From contig CAIJXV010000006.1 of assembly GCA_903824675.1 (NCBI GenBank), positions 46,695-110,694 on the forward strand: DNA of 64,000 nucleotides, read 5' to 3'. Position 1 is the stretch's first letter; every line of letters begins with the position of its first letter. The translations under genes and the position numbers were made by a program. Positions 1-10,624 of this stretch are shown here, in pieces. Source of the DNA: an uncultured bacterium (GTDB lineage: Bacteria; Verrucomicrobiota; Kiritimatiellia; CAIKKV01; CAIJXV01). The notes beneath the pieces were generated by a model. That model saw only the letters and a list, made by a program, of their open reading frames with translations. It was not told where the DNA came from and ran no database searches.

Positions 1-595
1 TCAAGTTCTGGAAGGACAAGGGTTGGCTTTAGCGTTCCCCATAGCCGACACGAATTCTCTTTGTGAAATCGGCGAAAACGCCTCCTCCACTGTGCGTTGT
101 GCGTCTGTCCTTCTTGTCTTTCTTATCGATCGGGATTCCTCGAATTTGTTGCGTTTCGTCGAACAACTGAATGCCGCCCTGCAAGTGGTAAAGCTAAATG
201 GATCACAACAGCAGTGGTAGATATGTTTCTGATGTGTGATTCTGACAAGGATCCGAATTCACGCAAGGTCGTTGCGGCTTTGCTGGCGACAGCAAGAGGC
301 GATTGGAGTAGCAAGATGAGACTTCATGATCTTCTCCAATCTTGGCGTGAGTGTTCACATGCCCCGCTCCACCAGGCTACAGAGGCGGGAGTGTTGGACG
401 CTAACGCTTAGGGTAAGTAGTTGGATCATGGCCAACAATAACGGGTATGATAGTCTCGCGCTTCTGCGTACCTTGGCAGATGTGGCGCACTTTCTCGATT
501 GGTCCAAAGAGTTCGATTCCTAATGAATGGGCATAAATATTTGTCGAACCCAAGTCTGACACATACCCTTGTATCCCGACAGATTGCCTTGCGAG

Positions 596-1171
596 TTAGT
601 AATTATCTTCCTTGATCTCGAAATACCCCTGGGGATGGAGACAGGCCGGGCATTTCTGGAGGGCTTCAACCCCTTCGTGTACATAACCACATTTGCGGCA
701 TTTCCATTTGACCGGGACCGGTTTCTTGAAAACAAGGCCCTTTTCAATATTATCCAGAAGTTTTCGGTATCTTAGTTCATGCTGGATTTCGACTTTGGCG
801 ATGACCCGGAAACAGGCGGCAACATCCTTAAAACCTTCTTTTTCCGCAACGTCCGCAGAATCCGGATAAAGCTTGGTATGTTCAAGCCGTTCGCCATCGG
901 CCGCGGCTTTCAGGCATTCTGCCGTCGTACCGATCACTCCGGCGGGATACGCGGCCGTGATTTCCAGTTCGCCGCCCTCCAGGAATTTAAAAAACCGCTT
1001 GGCATGGGACACTTCATTGTCCGCCGTTTCGGTGAACAGGGCCGAGATCTGTTCATAACCTTCTTTTTTGGCTACGCTTGAGAAATAGGTATACCGGTTG
1101 CGCGCCTGCGATTCGCCGGCAAAAGCCGCCAGCAGATTTTTTTCCGTCTGAGTGCCTTTTAATGATGCCAT
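596..1171 (-). CDS. rbr: Rubrerythrin: ferritin-like diiron domain plus C-terminal rubredoxin-like CxxC...CxxC
   Basis: 191 aa. Diiron E..EXXH-type helices in the N-terminal part; C-terminal CRKCGY...CPAC rubredoxin-like zinc ribbon. Typical length. Confidence 0.88.
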   Translation of the reverse strand: MASLKGTQTEKNLLAAFAGESQARNRYTYFSSVAKKEGYEQISALFTETADNEVSHAKRFFKFLEGGELEITAAYPAGVIGTTAECLKAAADGERLEHTKLYPDSADVAEKEGFKDVAACFRVIAKVEIQHELRYRKLLDNIEKGLVFKKPVPVKWKCRKCGYVHEGVEALQKCPACLHPQGYFEIKEDNY

Positions 1172-1298
1172 GAGGGGTCTCCTTTTAGAAAGTATGTATC
1201 AAAAGCCGATGGGGAGTGCAACTCGGGTTCGATTTGCCGTCGGCCAGATGAGATCCGTCGCAGGGTCGCCTATCCGGACGGATAGGCGACGGACGGCA

Positions 1299-1592
1299 TC
1301 ATATTCGAGGGTTGGGGCCGTCTCCGGCCGGGAGCCGGATCATCGTCCGATCCTTGCCGGCGCCGCGGAGGAGGGTTTGGCGCGGGACGGTGATCGTCCG
1401 GGTGACGGGATATGTTTTCGCCGCAAATTCGAGGATCCCTCCGCCGTTCCGTTCAATGGCCTGGAGCGCGGCGGCAATGGCATCGTCGACGTTCGGTGTG
1501 GCGGCCAGATAGTCATCCACCCGGAACCGGGTGGTGGGCCATGGTTTTTCCTTTTGAATGGCAACCGCCCTGAAGGATTTGAGCGATGTCAT
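1299..1592 (-). pseudogene. Fragment of a pectate-lyase-superfamily (right-handed beta-helix) protein, N-terminal 97 aa only
   Basis: The motif DDAIAAALQAI...GGGILEFAAKTYPV...TLRGAG resembles the N-terminus of pectate-lyase / GH28-like beta-helix proteins. The ORF is only 97 aa and sits in a ~700 bp region with no intact gene. Confidence 0.3.
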
Positions 1593-1875
1593 TGCCGTCC
1601 TGACGCTGCTGGCCGAATACCTGGTTTCCCATCCGGAACGGGTACGGGCCGCCGACTTCTATCCGTCGGCGAGTTTGGTCTCAAGCGTGCGGTGCCGAAT
1701 GCTGGTCTCGCGCATCTTCGAGGCCTATACCGTTCATCCGCATTGGGTTTTGCGATCGCAGGAGATCATTGGGCAACGCATTCGCTGGTGGCTCAAAGGA
1801 ATCGATTGCGAATTGCGGGGGGTGCCTCCCCCCGGGGCGGTCTGATCGTTTCTAGCCCTGAGGGCCAGACCTCGT

Positions 1876-3570
1876 TTACGCATTCTGGCTGACCCGCACG
1901 AAATCCGGTTTGAGCCGGTTTTCGCTCGGAAGGAACTGCTTGGCATAGGGTTGATACCACTCGGGCATCATGAACGTCGGAATAAAAATATGCCGCAGAA
2001 TGCCGAGTCCGTAGACGACGCGCCAGAGTCGTTCGGATAGGGCCAGTCGTTTTTCGATCAACGGTAGAACCGGGTCGATGTCCGTTCGGCTCTGCCAGTT
2101 TTTGCCGGACCCGATTCGATGGTCGAGCGCCATCAAGTCGGCTTTGAGGGCCAGGTGCTCGAACGCCCAGGGTTGCTGTTCGGGCACGGTGATCAAGGGA
2201 CGCAGCCGGGCGAGTTCATTCGCCCAACCTTCCGCCTTTTCGGGTTCCAGATACTCCATTTCCTGAAGAATGCCGGCCAGCGTGTCCAGATTTTTTCCAC
2301 TCAACCCGTACATTTGACGACAGTAGTCACATGTCAGTTCGCGAGGGTCTGCCTCCGGTTCGCAGGCCAGCCGGGTGCAGAGGAATTGGTTGTAATGATC
2401 CCCGAAACTCTCGTTATAGGTAATGAATCCGCAGGACCCTTGTTCCTCGAGTCCCCCGATGACCTTTTGAATGCGGAGTGGCGCCGAGTGAATGCCCGAG
2501 GTCAGGTACACATCGCGTTTGTCGTGCGAATACCCGATATGGAAAAAAATGCTCTGGGGAAAGCCTTTCAGAACCGATTCGGCCTTCGAACCGCCGAAGG
2601 CTTCATAGGCCACGCTCACTTGGAATGTACGGAACCAGTCTTTAGCCGGGCCTTTCACGAATTCGGCGATCTGCCGGATTTCATCGTCCTCCATCCACCA
2701 GCCACATAAATCGGCTTTGATGTTCGGGAAATAACGCTGTGCGACCGCATGAATCTCGGGGAGCATCTTCAGAAAAGTGGGGAAATACGGCTGGCATTTG
2801 TCGCAGGCACATCCGCCATCGTCATAGGGATTATAGAACACGGTGTTTAACTCGATGCCCGACTCCGCTAGGTCGGCAAATAAGTTCTCGTGATTCCGCA
2901 GGCAGACGGCGCGGGCTTCCGGGATGGAAGGGCAGAGGACCTGACCTTGTACGCGGTGCTTCAAACTGCGCACGCCCATCCACTCGGGTCGCATCTGGTC
3001 AACAAATCCGACATTGTGGGCCACACACAGGCTGGTATCCAGACCGAGTCGGTTGGCCTGTCGGAGAAACTCCTTCTTTCGCTGCCAGAGTGTCATGGAG
3101 GTACTGCAATAGACGTGGGGAGAGAAGGGATCGGGCATGTCGTTGGGGTCAAACCAATCGGCATAGCCACTCGCCCCCCAGAGGGCCAGATCGTCCAGAT
3201 AATGTTGCATTTCTCCGGGCCAGGCCACCTCGAAGGGATTGCCGAAATGGCCCGGCATATAATGGATTCGATGCGGGAATCGCGGGGTTTTGGTGTATTG
3301 CCCCGCCGGCCATTGCCCCGTATCGGACGAGGCGCGTATAATCGTCAACAAGAGCCCGACTCCGGCAATGAAGTCCCGGGTTCCGGCCGCCCCAATGCGT
3401 ACGTTTTCTGCGCCTACGTCCAGGCGAAATCCATCGCGGCTCTCCCGTATAAAATCCAATTGCAGCGTCTCGGGCGAGTCGTTTTCACCGGTGAGGGGGC
3501 GCAGCCGTTCGGTTGCAATCCGCGCCGCTTCCTTTGCCTGGGGGCAATAGGAATGGATGATCGTTTTCAT
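1876..3570 (-). CDS. Hypothetical protein, possibly carbohydrate-active (TIM-barrel-like)
   Basis: Long uninterrupted ORF. Likely start is MKTIIHSY at 3570 with GGAGAG 8 nt upstream; the ORF track extends it to 3648. No motif I can assign firmly. Confidence 0.55.
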   Translation of the reverse strand: MKTIIHSYCPQAKEAARIATERLRPLTGENDSPETLQLDFIRESRDGFRLDVGAENVRIGAAGTRDFIAGVGLLLTIIRASSDTGQWPAGQYTKTPRFPHRIHYMPGHFGNPFEVAWPGEMQHYLDDLALWGASGYADWFDPNDMPDPFSPHVYCSTSMTLWQRKKEFLRQANRLGLDTSLCVAHNVGFVDQMRPEWMGVRSLKHRVQGQVLCPSIPEARAVCLRNHENLFADLAESGIELNTVFYNPYDDGGCACDKCQPYFPTFLKMLPEIHAVAQRYFPNIKADLCGWWMEDDEIRQIAEFVKGPAKDWFRTFQVSVAYEAFGGSKAESVLKGFPQSIFFHIGYSHDKRDVYLTSGIHSAPLRIQKVIGGLEEQGSCGFITYNESFGDHYNQFLCTRLACEPEADPRELTCDYCRQMYGLSGKNLDTLAGILQEMEYLEPEKAEGWANELARLRPLITVPEQQPWAFEHLALKADLMALDHRIGSGKNWQSRTDIDPVLPLIEKRLALSERLWRVVYGLGILRHIFIPTFMMPEWYQPYAKQFLPSENRLKPDFVRVSQNA

Positions 3571-3732
3571 GGTCGGGCTCTCCAGGTGTCCGGGTGATGC
3601 CGGAATTCGAGGAACGGTAGGAGAAACGGGCGGCGATGGAAAGAACAAATGTTGACACCGATTTTTTTAGTGTGATACTCGAAAGACTTTGTCAATAATG
3701 GCGCGATGTATCGACGCTAAAAGGACTTGAGC

Positions 3733-6093
3733 ATGAAACCTAAAAAACTGGATGAACGCCGTCGCAATATCGAAATGATGCCCGAGGCCTATGCTCCCGA
3801 ACCCTTGGATCTTCAGGCTCACCTGGCCCGGCAGAATCCGCAGTGGGCAGGGGAGAAGGGCTACGTTGCCTATTGGGGCGAGGGGGCTCCCTTGGGGAAC
3901 GGCGATTTCGGCGCCATGGTGTATGGCAGTCCTGAAAATCTATCGCTGGTGCTGGGAAAAAATGATCTTTGGCTGCGAACCACCGACCGGAGTTATTTCC
4001 CCGGCAAAAATTTCGAAGATATTTTGGGGATATTCCGTCGGCAGGATCAAAAGGCGTACGACCAGTTGCAGCCCTCGGATCCGAACTGGTGGGATCGCTA
4101 TCGGCCGAGCACGTTGGTGCAGGGTGGTTTTTTGCGGTTTCACCTGGCTGAAGCGGCGGCGATCAAGCAGATGAGTCAGGACCTGCATTTGCATGAGGGC
4201 ATCTGGACGGCGGCTTTTGAGGCCCAGGGATTTGATAACGTGTGGTCGGTGTCGCCGGATTTCACGCTCGAGTCGTTTTGCTCGGCGGTGGATGAGGTGT
4301 TGGTGTTCCGGGTTTCCCGGCATCAGCGACCGATCCGTTCTTTCACCTGGCGGCTGGGGCGGGAGTCGCATGAATTGATGCCGGCGCCGATCACTGATAC
4401 GCAGGGTGCACTGAGTTGGTTTGAGCAGGATCTGGTGACGGGTGACCGTTATGCCGTAGCCCTTTTACAGGAGGGGTTGCCGGTCGAGACCACCCTGGCC
4501 GGGCGGTCGGTAATCGGCGAGTGTGCCGGGGCGGGATCGGAGGCTGTGTGGTATGTGGCGATGGCCACCACCCGCGACGCTTCGGATCCGCTGGATCTGG
4601 CGGTGGAGCGGGTGAAAGCGGCGGCCCGGCGGGGAATCGATAAGGTTCGGATCGATCATGTGGCTCATTGGTCTGATTTTTGGAAGCGGTCCTGGGTGAC
4701 TTGCGCGGAACCCGTAGTGGAGCGGTCATGGGCGGTATCGATGTACCTGGCGGGATCGACGTTGCGGCCCGGCAAAGTTTCGCCCGGCTTGCAAGGGATG
4801 TGGTGTCGGGAAAACTTTCCCGCCTGGAGCGCGGACTTCCACGGGAATATCAACATCCAAGCCATCTACCAGGAGTTATTCGGATCGAATCATCTCGATT
4901 TATTTGAGCCCTGCACCTCGTTGTATGCCGGGATGCGGCCGCAATGCGAGCAGGACACCCGGACGTATTTCGGTTGCGACGGGGTCCGCTATCCGCATGC
5001 CGGTTCGATCGACGGCCATGAATTGACCGAGCAGAATTACCTGGCCCTGGCACCCTCGTTTGCCCCGAGCGTTTGGATTGCACGGTTGTATTGGTGGTAT
5101 TACACCCACAGTGGCGATCAGGCCTATTTGAAGGACACCGGTTATCCGATGTTGCGGGATGTGGCCCGTTTTTACAGGGGAATCCTGGAAAAAACCGGAA
5201 AAGATGCGGATGGACTGTACCAGGTCGAGCCCTCAATTTGGGGTGAACATGAAGCCACCCGGTTGACCGCGTGGGGCCGAAATTCCAGTTATGATGTGGC
5301 GGCCTTTGGCGCCGGGTTCGAGCAGGCGATTGCCGCCTCGACGATTTTGGGGATCGATGAGGGGGAGCGTGCGGTGTGGCAGGAGATGCTGGATCATCTG
5401 CCTCCCCTGGCGGCGGACGCGGAAGATATCTGGTTGTATTTCCCGGAGCCCCAGCCGAACAATATGCGGTATACCAGCGGATCCTTCTTCCATGCGGTCT
5501 TTCCGTGTGAACGGGTCAGTCTTTATCACGGGTCTGAAACCCTTCAAAAACAAGCGCGGGCGACGTGGCACTATTGTTCGTCGACCGGAAAGCCGAATGC
5601 CTGGTGCGGCGGGGTGCCGACGGCGGCTGCCGTTATGATGGGGGATACCGATACGGCTTGGGCTTCGATTATAGCCGGCATATCCCGGAACGGGTTGACC
5701 GGGTCCATGCCTTCCGGCTTTTTCCAGGCTGATCACGGAACGGGATTTGCCTTTGGGATCAATACGTCCTGCGTATTCTCGATCGATGGCAAACTGCTCT
5801 TATTTGGCGGGGTACCGACCGGGGTGGATTGTGCTTTTCATTCCTTACGGGCGGGCGGGGCGGTCCTGGTGAGTGCGGCGCAAAGAGGGGGACGGGTGCG
5901 ACGGGTTTCCATCCAAGCCCTGGTGGAGGGGACCCTGTGCCTATTGAATCCGTTTGGACCGGAGGGTGGGGCCGACAGGATTCAGGTTAAAGGATCGGAT
6001 GGCGCGACCTTCGATTTCAAGGCCGTCAGTTATCGCGCGCCCTTGGACTGGCCTGCCAAAGCCGGCGTAGTCTATGAGATTCGAGAGACTTAA
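3733..6093 (+). CDS. GH95-like (alpha-L-fucosidase family) six-hairpin glycoside hydrolase
   Basis: The N-terminal WGEGAPLGNGDFGAMVYG...LVLGKNDLW matches the GH95 N-terminal signature (LP[IL]GNG+[LF]GAMVFG...LNE..LW). Length of about 786 aa is typical of GH95. ATG at 3733; the track used TTG at 3727. Confidence 0.55.
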   Translation: MKPKKLDERRRNIEMMPEAYAPEPLDLQAHLARQNPQWAGEKGYVAYWGEGAPLGNGDFGAMVYGSPENLSLVLGKNDLWLRTTDRSYFPGKNFEDILGIFRRQDQKAYDQLQPSDPNWWDRYRPSTLVQGGFLRFHLAEAAAIKQMSQDLHLHEGIWTAAFEAQGFDNVWSVSPDFTLESFCSAVDEVLVFRVSRHQRPIRSFTWRLGRESHELMPAPITDTQGALSWFEQDLVTGDRYAVALLQEGLPVETTLAGRSVIGECAGAGSEAVWYVAMATTRDASDPLDLAVERVKAAARRGIDKVRIDHVAHWSDFWKRSWVTCAEPVVERSWAVSMYLAGSTLRPGKVSPGLQGMWCRENFPAWSADFHGNINIQAIYQELFGSNHLDLFEPCTSLYAGMRPQCEQDTRTYFGCDGVRYPHAGSIDGHELTEQNYLALAPSFAPSVWIARLYWWYYTHSGDQAYLKDTGYPMLRDVARFYRGILEKTGKDADGLYQVEPSIWGEHEATRLTAWGRNSSYDVAAFGAGFEQAIAASTILGIDEGERAVWQEMLDHLPPLAADAEDIWLYFPEPQPNNMRYTSGSFFHAVFPCERVSLYHGSETLQKQARATWHYCSSTGKPNAWCGGVPTAAAVMMGDTDTAWASIIAGISRNGLTGSMPSGFFQADHGTGFAFGINTSCVFSIDGKLLLFGGVPTGVDCAFHSLRAGGAVLVSAAQRGGRVRRVSIQALVEGTLCLLNPFGPEGGADRIQVKGSDGATFDFKAVSYRAPLDWPAKAGVVYEIRET

Positions 6094-6261
6094 TCGGGAC
6101 GCAGGAGGGTGAGTACAGCCGGGCGTATCGCACGGCTGATCTTTTCGCTTGAGGCGACGTTCCATTGAGATGCGTCGAAGGGGCGAAAATGGGCTCTTTG
6201 GGCTTGCTGGAGGGGGTGTTTTCTGGCATATTAAATAGCCCTTATTAACAACGAGGTTCCT

Positions 6262-7656
6262 TTGAAGATTTTGTTTATTTATACCGATATCAATGTCCGG
6301 GGCGGCGCCCTGAGTTATCAGTTCGGCATTGGCCAACTGAGTTCCGTCTTAAAGAAACACGGACATGAGACCCGTTTGCATCATATGTTCGGCGCTTACG
6401 ACGTGGAGCCGCTCCGGGCCACCCTGGCGGCCTACTCGCCGGACGTGGTCGCGTTTTCGATCGTCTATCCCCAATACCGGTATGTTCGCCAGATTCTGAA
6501 AGAATTAAGCCCTTGGAAAGCCTTTACCATTGCGGGCGGCGCTCATCCCACGGTGTTCCCGTCCTGCATTGAAGAAATGCCCGACATGAATGCCATTTGT
6601 GTCGGGGAAGGGGAATATCCCTTCCTGGGCCTGTTGGACGCTTTAAAAGAAGGCCGGCCGATCGACGCCATACCCAGCCTTTGGGTGCGGACGCCCAGCG
6701 GCGCCATTGTCCGCAACGATCCTTGCCCGTTCATCGAAAATCTGGATGAACTGCCGCCGATGGATCGCGAGATCTGCGATTACCAGGCCATTGTCGACTC
6801 GGATTTCAAGACCGCCACATTCCAATTCGGACGGGGATGTCCCTTTGATTGCACCTATTGCAGCAATCACATCATTCGTGCCCGCCAGAAGGGACCTTAT
6901 GTCCGTTTCCGGAGTGTGGATTTGTGTCTGGATGAAATCCGGGAAGTCACGACCCGGTATTCGGTCCAGAACCTGTATTTGAACGACGATACGTTCATGG
7001 TCAAGAAGAGTTGGTTCGAGGAGTTTTGCGAAAAATATCCGCGTCAATTTTCGTTACCGATATTGGTCAATGCCCGGCCGGAACAGATTAACGAAAGCGT
7101 TTGTAAGCTTCTAGCGCAGGCCCATTGTACCCGGGTCACGATGGGGATTGAGCATGGGAATGAAAAATACCGGGCGGACGTTCTGCGGCGGCGGATGACC
7201 AATGAGAGCATTGTCCGGGCGTTCAAGCTATGTCGGGACTTCGGATTCAAAACCAAATCCCATAATCTGGTGGGGTTGCCGGATGAGACTCCTGAATTGC
7301 ACCGGGATACCGTGAAAATCAACGCCGATATCTATCCGGACAGCTTTAATTTGCATATCTTCGAGCCCTATCCCGGGACCCATCTGGGGGACCGGTGTGA
7401 ACGGGAAGGCCTGATCGACCCCGAACGACGGGAAAAGGTTTTTGTGGGCCAGACCGACACGATTCTGAAGATGCCTCAATTTACTCGGGAACAAATTTTG
7501 AAGTGCTTTCGGCGATTTCCCTATGAAGTCTACAAAAAACACTCCCTGTTCAAAGCCATCCCCTATTTGATTTATTATTCGCGATATGGCGAAAAAATCA
7601 TTCGGATGATCCAGCCGATCAAGCGATTTATCCGAAAATTCGCGATGGGAGTCTGA
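6262..7656 (+). CDS. Cobalamin-binding (class B) radical SAM protein
   Basis: N-terminal Rossmann-like B12-binding region (KILFIY...), then the CxxxCxxC motif GRGCPFDCTYCSN. Size about 460 aa. Confidence 0.85.
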   Translation: MKILFIYTDINVRGGALSYQFGIGQLSSVLKKHGHETRLHHMFGAYDVEPLRATLAAYSPDVVAFSIVYPQYRYVRQILKELSPWKAFTIAGGAHPTVFPSCIEEMPDMNAICVGEGEYPFLGLLDALKEGRPIDAIPSLWVRTPSGAIVRNDPCPFIENLDELPPMDREICDYQAIVDSDFKTATFQFGRGCPFDCTYCSNHIIRARQKGPYVRFRSVDLCLDEIREVTTRYSVQNLYLNDDTFMVKKSWFEEFCEKYPRQFSLPILVNARPEQINESVCKLLAQAHCTRVTMGIEHGNEKYRADVLRRRMTNESIVRAFKLCRDFGFKTKSHNLVGLPDETPELHRDTVKINADIYPDSFNLHIFEPYPGTHLGDRCEREGLIDPERREKVFVGQTDTILKMPQFTREQILKCFRRFPYEVYKKHSLFKAIPYLIYYSRYGEKIIRMIQPIKRFIRKFAMGV

Positions 7657-9720
7657 GTGTTGGAATTTTGTTACAGGCAGTGGAAGATCCTTGCGGGGGC
7701 TCTCCTGCTCGCCGGTTTGGCCTTGCGTCTATCCCTGTTTGTCACCGGGTTGAACCATCTGCCGGTCTCAACGGACGAAAGCATCACAGCCCTCCAGGCG
7801 ATCGGGGTGACGCAGTCCACCTCCCATCCGGCCTATGAGGCCAAACAAAATCCCCGTGGGGTGGTGGGGCGGTTCCCCCTGCTTTTCATGGCTCAACCTT
7901 ATTTGTTCCCATTGGAATCCTATTTGATGGCGCCGGGAATGCCCTTCCTGCCTGCAACCGCCTTCGGGGCCCGCTGGATGGCCGGCTTGCTGGGCTTGCT
8001 GGGGGTTCTGTTCACCTTGCTCTTGTTGCGCCGATGGGGTGGACGGGGCGTCTGGGTTGTGGGGGGATTGCTGGTGTTGTTTCCCTCGGCCTATTTACTG
8101 ATCTATCAGGCGGGATATGCCCTGCCGAGTTATCCTGTCTTGCTGGCGTTTTCCGCCGGGATTTTCTGGCTGACCCAGTCTTCGGTACGGGATGAACGGC
8201 CACGACCGGTTTGGGTGGCGTTGGCGGGTTTGAGCGCAGGATTGGCAATGGCCGTCAACCTGTTGGCTCTTCCGGTCGCCCTGGCAGCTGTTGCCTGGGG
8301 CGGCTTGGGGCGCAACCGCCGGCAGGCTTTGATTCACCTCCCGGTGTTTGTTGTCTTTTTCCTGATGGGATTCAGCCCGTATTTCGTGGCCCAACAGCTG
8401 TATCCAGGGGCGTTTGGTGCCGTTTCGACCCTGATTCCCTGGGGACACGCGGTTCGTAAATTATGGGATCCGATGTTGTCGTTTACCCTGCCGGTGGCAT
8501 GCGGGGCGGAACCCAGTTACTGGCCCGACAATCGGGAAACCCTGGTGTTGATTCCTGGGTTCAGAATGATCTTTGCCGTTCTCTGGTTGGGATTATTGCT
8601 GGTGGCTGTCACGACCTGTATCGTGCGTTTTGGGCGCCGGTTGCGGGAGCATCGGTGGCCGGTGTTGGAAGCCTTGGATGCAGTGGTCGTCGTGAATGGG
8701 GTCGCCCTGCTTCTCTTTGCGACCAACAGCCGGTCGCTGGGCGATTCTTTCCGGTATTTGTTGCAGGTGGTCTGGACCTGGCCGCTCCTGGTGGCGGGTC
8801 TATATCGGTTGGCTCCTCGGCCTGGGCGTTGGTTTCTGGGGGCTTTAACCGGCCTGCTGGTGCTGGTCAATCTCGCCGGTGCCGTGGGGGTGATCCGCCA
8901 GTGGCGCCGTCCCGATTTTGCCGCGAATGAAGCCTGGCTTGGGGATTTGGGGCCGGTGATCGAACGGCTGGATCGCGAAGGGATTCGGCACTGCTATGCA
9001 TCCTATCATCTGGCCTATCGCATCACGTATGCGACCCGGGAACGGATTCTGGGCGCACAATTTTTCAACGAGCGGTTTCCGGGTTGGCCGCTCCCGTACA
9101 AGCACGCGGTGGATCAAGCCGCATCGGTGGCCTTTGTGTTCTCTCCGCGCTTTTCGCTGAAAGTGGAAGATGTGGCGCGGGACCTCACGGATTGTGGGAT
9201 CCAGTTTCAGCAGGCGCAGGTGGGAGAATACCAGATTTTGTATCGGTTCAAGGGGGCCGCCAGTTCACTGGCGTTTCCGGCACTGACGGGGAGCACCGCC
9301 CGAGTGAGCCATCAGCCGGACCAGGCGGGCTCGCTGACGGATGGCAATCTGGACACCCATTGGCGCGCGGGTGCAGTGCAAAGCACCCGGATGTGGGTGG
9401 AATGCCGCCAACGGACGCCCCAATGGGTGCAAGGGATCCGGCTGGACACCACGGGATATCCGTATGATAACGCGCGCGCGGTGCGGATTCTGATTTGGGA
9501 GCAGGGGGGGTGGCAGGAGGTGTTGCCCTCGACCCCGCATGGGTGGGATGCCGTGGCTTGGGAAAACGGGCATCCAGCCCTGGGTTTTGCCCGGCAAACC
9601 CTGGTTTGGCCCAAAGCTCGATTGACCGATGCCGTACGCATTGAAGTCACCGATCCGAATCCAGCTCGCGATTGGACTTTGAGTGAAATCGTTTTGCTGG
9701 CTCCGCCAGTTGCCCTCTGA
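7657..9720 (+). CDS. Polytopic membrane protein (GT-C / ArnT-PMT-like?) with C-terminal F5/8 type C (discoidin) domain
   Basis: About 12 hydrophobic helices in the first ~430 aa. The C-terminal motif DGNLDTHWRAG...ARAVRI...LSEIVL fits a discoidin domain. Starts immediately after the rSAM gene stop. Confidence 0.6.
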   Translation: MLEFCYRQWKILAGALLLAGLALRLSLFVTGLNHLPVSTDESITALQAIGVTQSTSHPAYEAKQNPRGVVGRFPLLFMAQPYLFPLESYLMAPGMPFLPATAFGARWMAGLLGLLGVLFTLLLLRRWGGRGVWVVGGLLVLFPSAYLLIYQAGYALPSYPVLLAFSAGIFWLTQSSVRDERPRPVWVALAGLSAGLAMAVNLLALPVALAAVAWGGLGRNRRQALIHLPVFVVFFLMGFSPYFVAQQLYPGAFGAVSTLIPWGHAVRKLWDPMLSFTLPVACGAEPSYWPDNRETLVLIPGFRMIFAVLWLGLLLVAVTTCIVRFGRRLREHRWPVLEALDAVVVVNGVALLLFATNSRSLGDSFRYLLQVVWTWPLLVAGLYRLAPRPGRWFLGALTGLLVLVNLAGAVGVIRQWRRPDFAANEAWLGDLGPVIERLDREGIRHCYASYHLAYRITYATRERILGAQFFNERFPGWPLPYKHAVDQAASVAFVFSPRFSLKVEDVARDLTDCGIQFQQAQVGEYQILYRFKGAASSLAFPALTGSTARVSHQPDQAGSLTDGNLDTHWRAGAVQSTRMWVECRQRTPQWVQGIRLDTTGYPYDNARAVRILIWEQGGWQEVLPSTPHGWDAVAWENGHPALGFARQTLVWPKARLTDAVRIEVTDPNPARDWTLSEIVLLAPPVAL

Positions 9721-9745
9721 TAGAGTTTGAACAAGGATACAGACC

Positions 9746-10624
9746 ATGCGGATTATATTAACCGGTTCACGGGGCCAGTTGGCTCACGATGTGGGAGATC
9801 GATTGGGACTCGGGAACGAAGTTCGGGGGGTTGATTTGCCGGAGGTGGATATTACCCGGCCGGAGTCGGTTCGTGAATTGATGGACGGTTTTCGTCCTCA
9901 GGTCGTGGTGAATTGTGCCGCTTTTACCCAGGTGGATGCTTGTGAGACTGAGCGGGATCTGTCTTTCGCCGTGAATGCGGTCGGGCCGGGGCTATTGGCC
10001 GAAGAAGCGAAGCGGGTCGGGTCTTACCTGGTTCACATATCCACCGATTACGTCTTTGACGGACAGCGGCCGGCATCGCGCGCCTACATTGAAACCGATT
10101 CGACCGGACCCTTGAGTTGGTATGGCCGGACCAAACTCGAAGGGGAGCAGCGAGTGTTGAATTCAGGCGTTTCGGCGGCGATTCTGCGTACGGCTTGGTT
10201 GTATGGGCGGAAGGGGAAAAATTTCCCCAAGACGATGCTGCGTCTGGCCCTTCGGAATCCGGAACGCGAGTTGAAAGTCGTGGATGATCAGCAGGGGTCG
10301 CCCACCTGGTCCTGGCGCCTGGCGGAACAGATCGAGGCGGTCATCGGTGCGCGGTGCGAAGGGATTTTTCATTCCACCGCGGAAGGGCAGACGGATTGGC
10401 ATGCGTTTGCCCGGTTCTTTTTGGAGGGAATGGCGGTGCCGTTCCAGATGCGGCCGTGTCCGTCATCCGACTATCCGACTCCGGCCCATCGACCGGCCAA
10501 TTCGATCCTGGAAAACAGTCGGTTGAAGGCCCTGGGCTTGAACCGGTTTATCGATTGGCGGGAAGATCTGCAGGAATTTATTCGACGATATCGTATGGAG
10601 TTGATTGAGGAGGCACGGGCATGA
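9746..10624 (+). CDS. rmlD: dTDP-4-dehydrorhamnose reductase
   Basis: [14 protein letters not shown]-terminus, the STDYVFDG motif and a length of 292 aa are characteristic of RmlD/RfbD. Confidence 0.85.
   Translation: MRIILTGSRGQLAHDVGDRLGLGNEVRGVDLPEVDITRPESVRELMDGFRPQVVVNCAAFTQVDACETERDLSFAVNAVGPGLLAEEAKRVGSYLVHISTDYVFDGQRPASRAYIETDSTGPLSWYGRTKLEGEQRVLNSGVSAAILRTAWLYGRKGKNFPKTMLRLALRNPERELKVVDDQQGSPTWSWRLAEQIEAVIGARCEGIFHSTAEGQTDWHAFARFFLEGMAVPFQMRPCPSSDYPTPAHRPANSILENSRLKALGLNRFIDWREDLQEFIRRYRMELIEEARA

Noticed and set aside
23-523. Small ORFs at the window start (23-220, 97-411, 326-523)
   Set aside because: Mutually overlapping with no motifs. The region is probably the tail of an upstream gene or non-coding; it cannot be supported.
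6262-7656. Radical SAM as RiPP/SPASM maturase
   Set aside because: No Cys-rich SPASM/twitch C-terminal domain. The N-terminal cobalamin-binding domain and glycan-operon context favour a class B methyltransferase-type enzyme.
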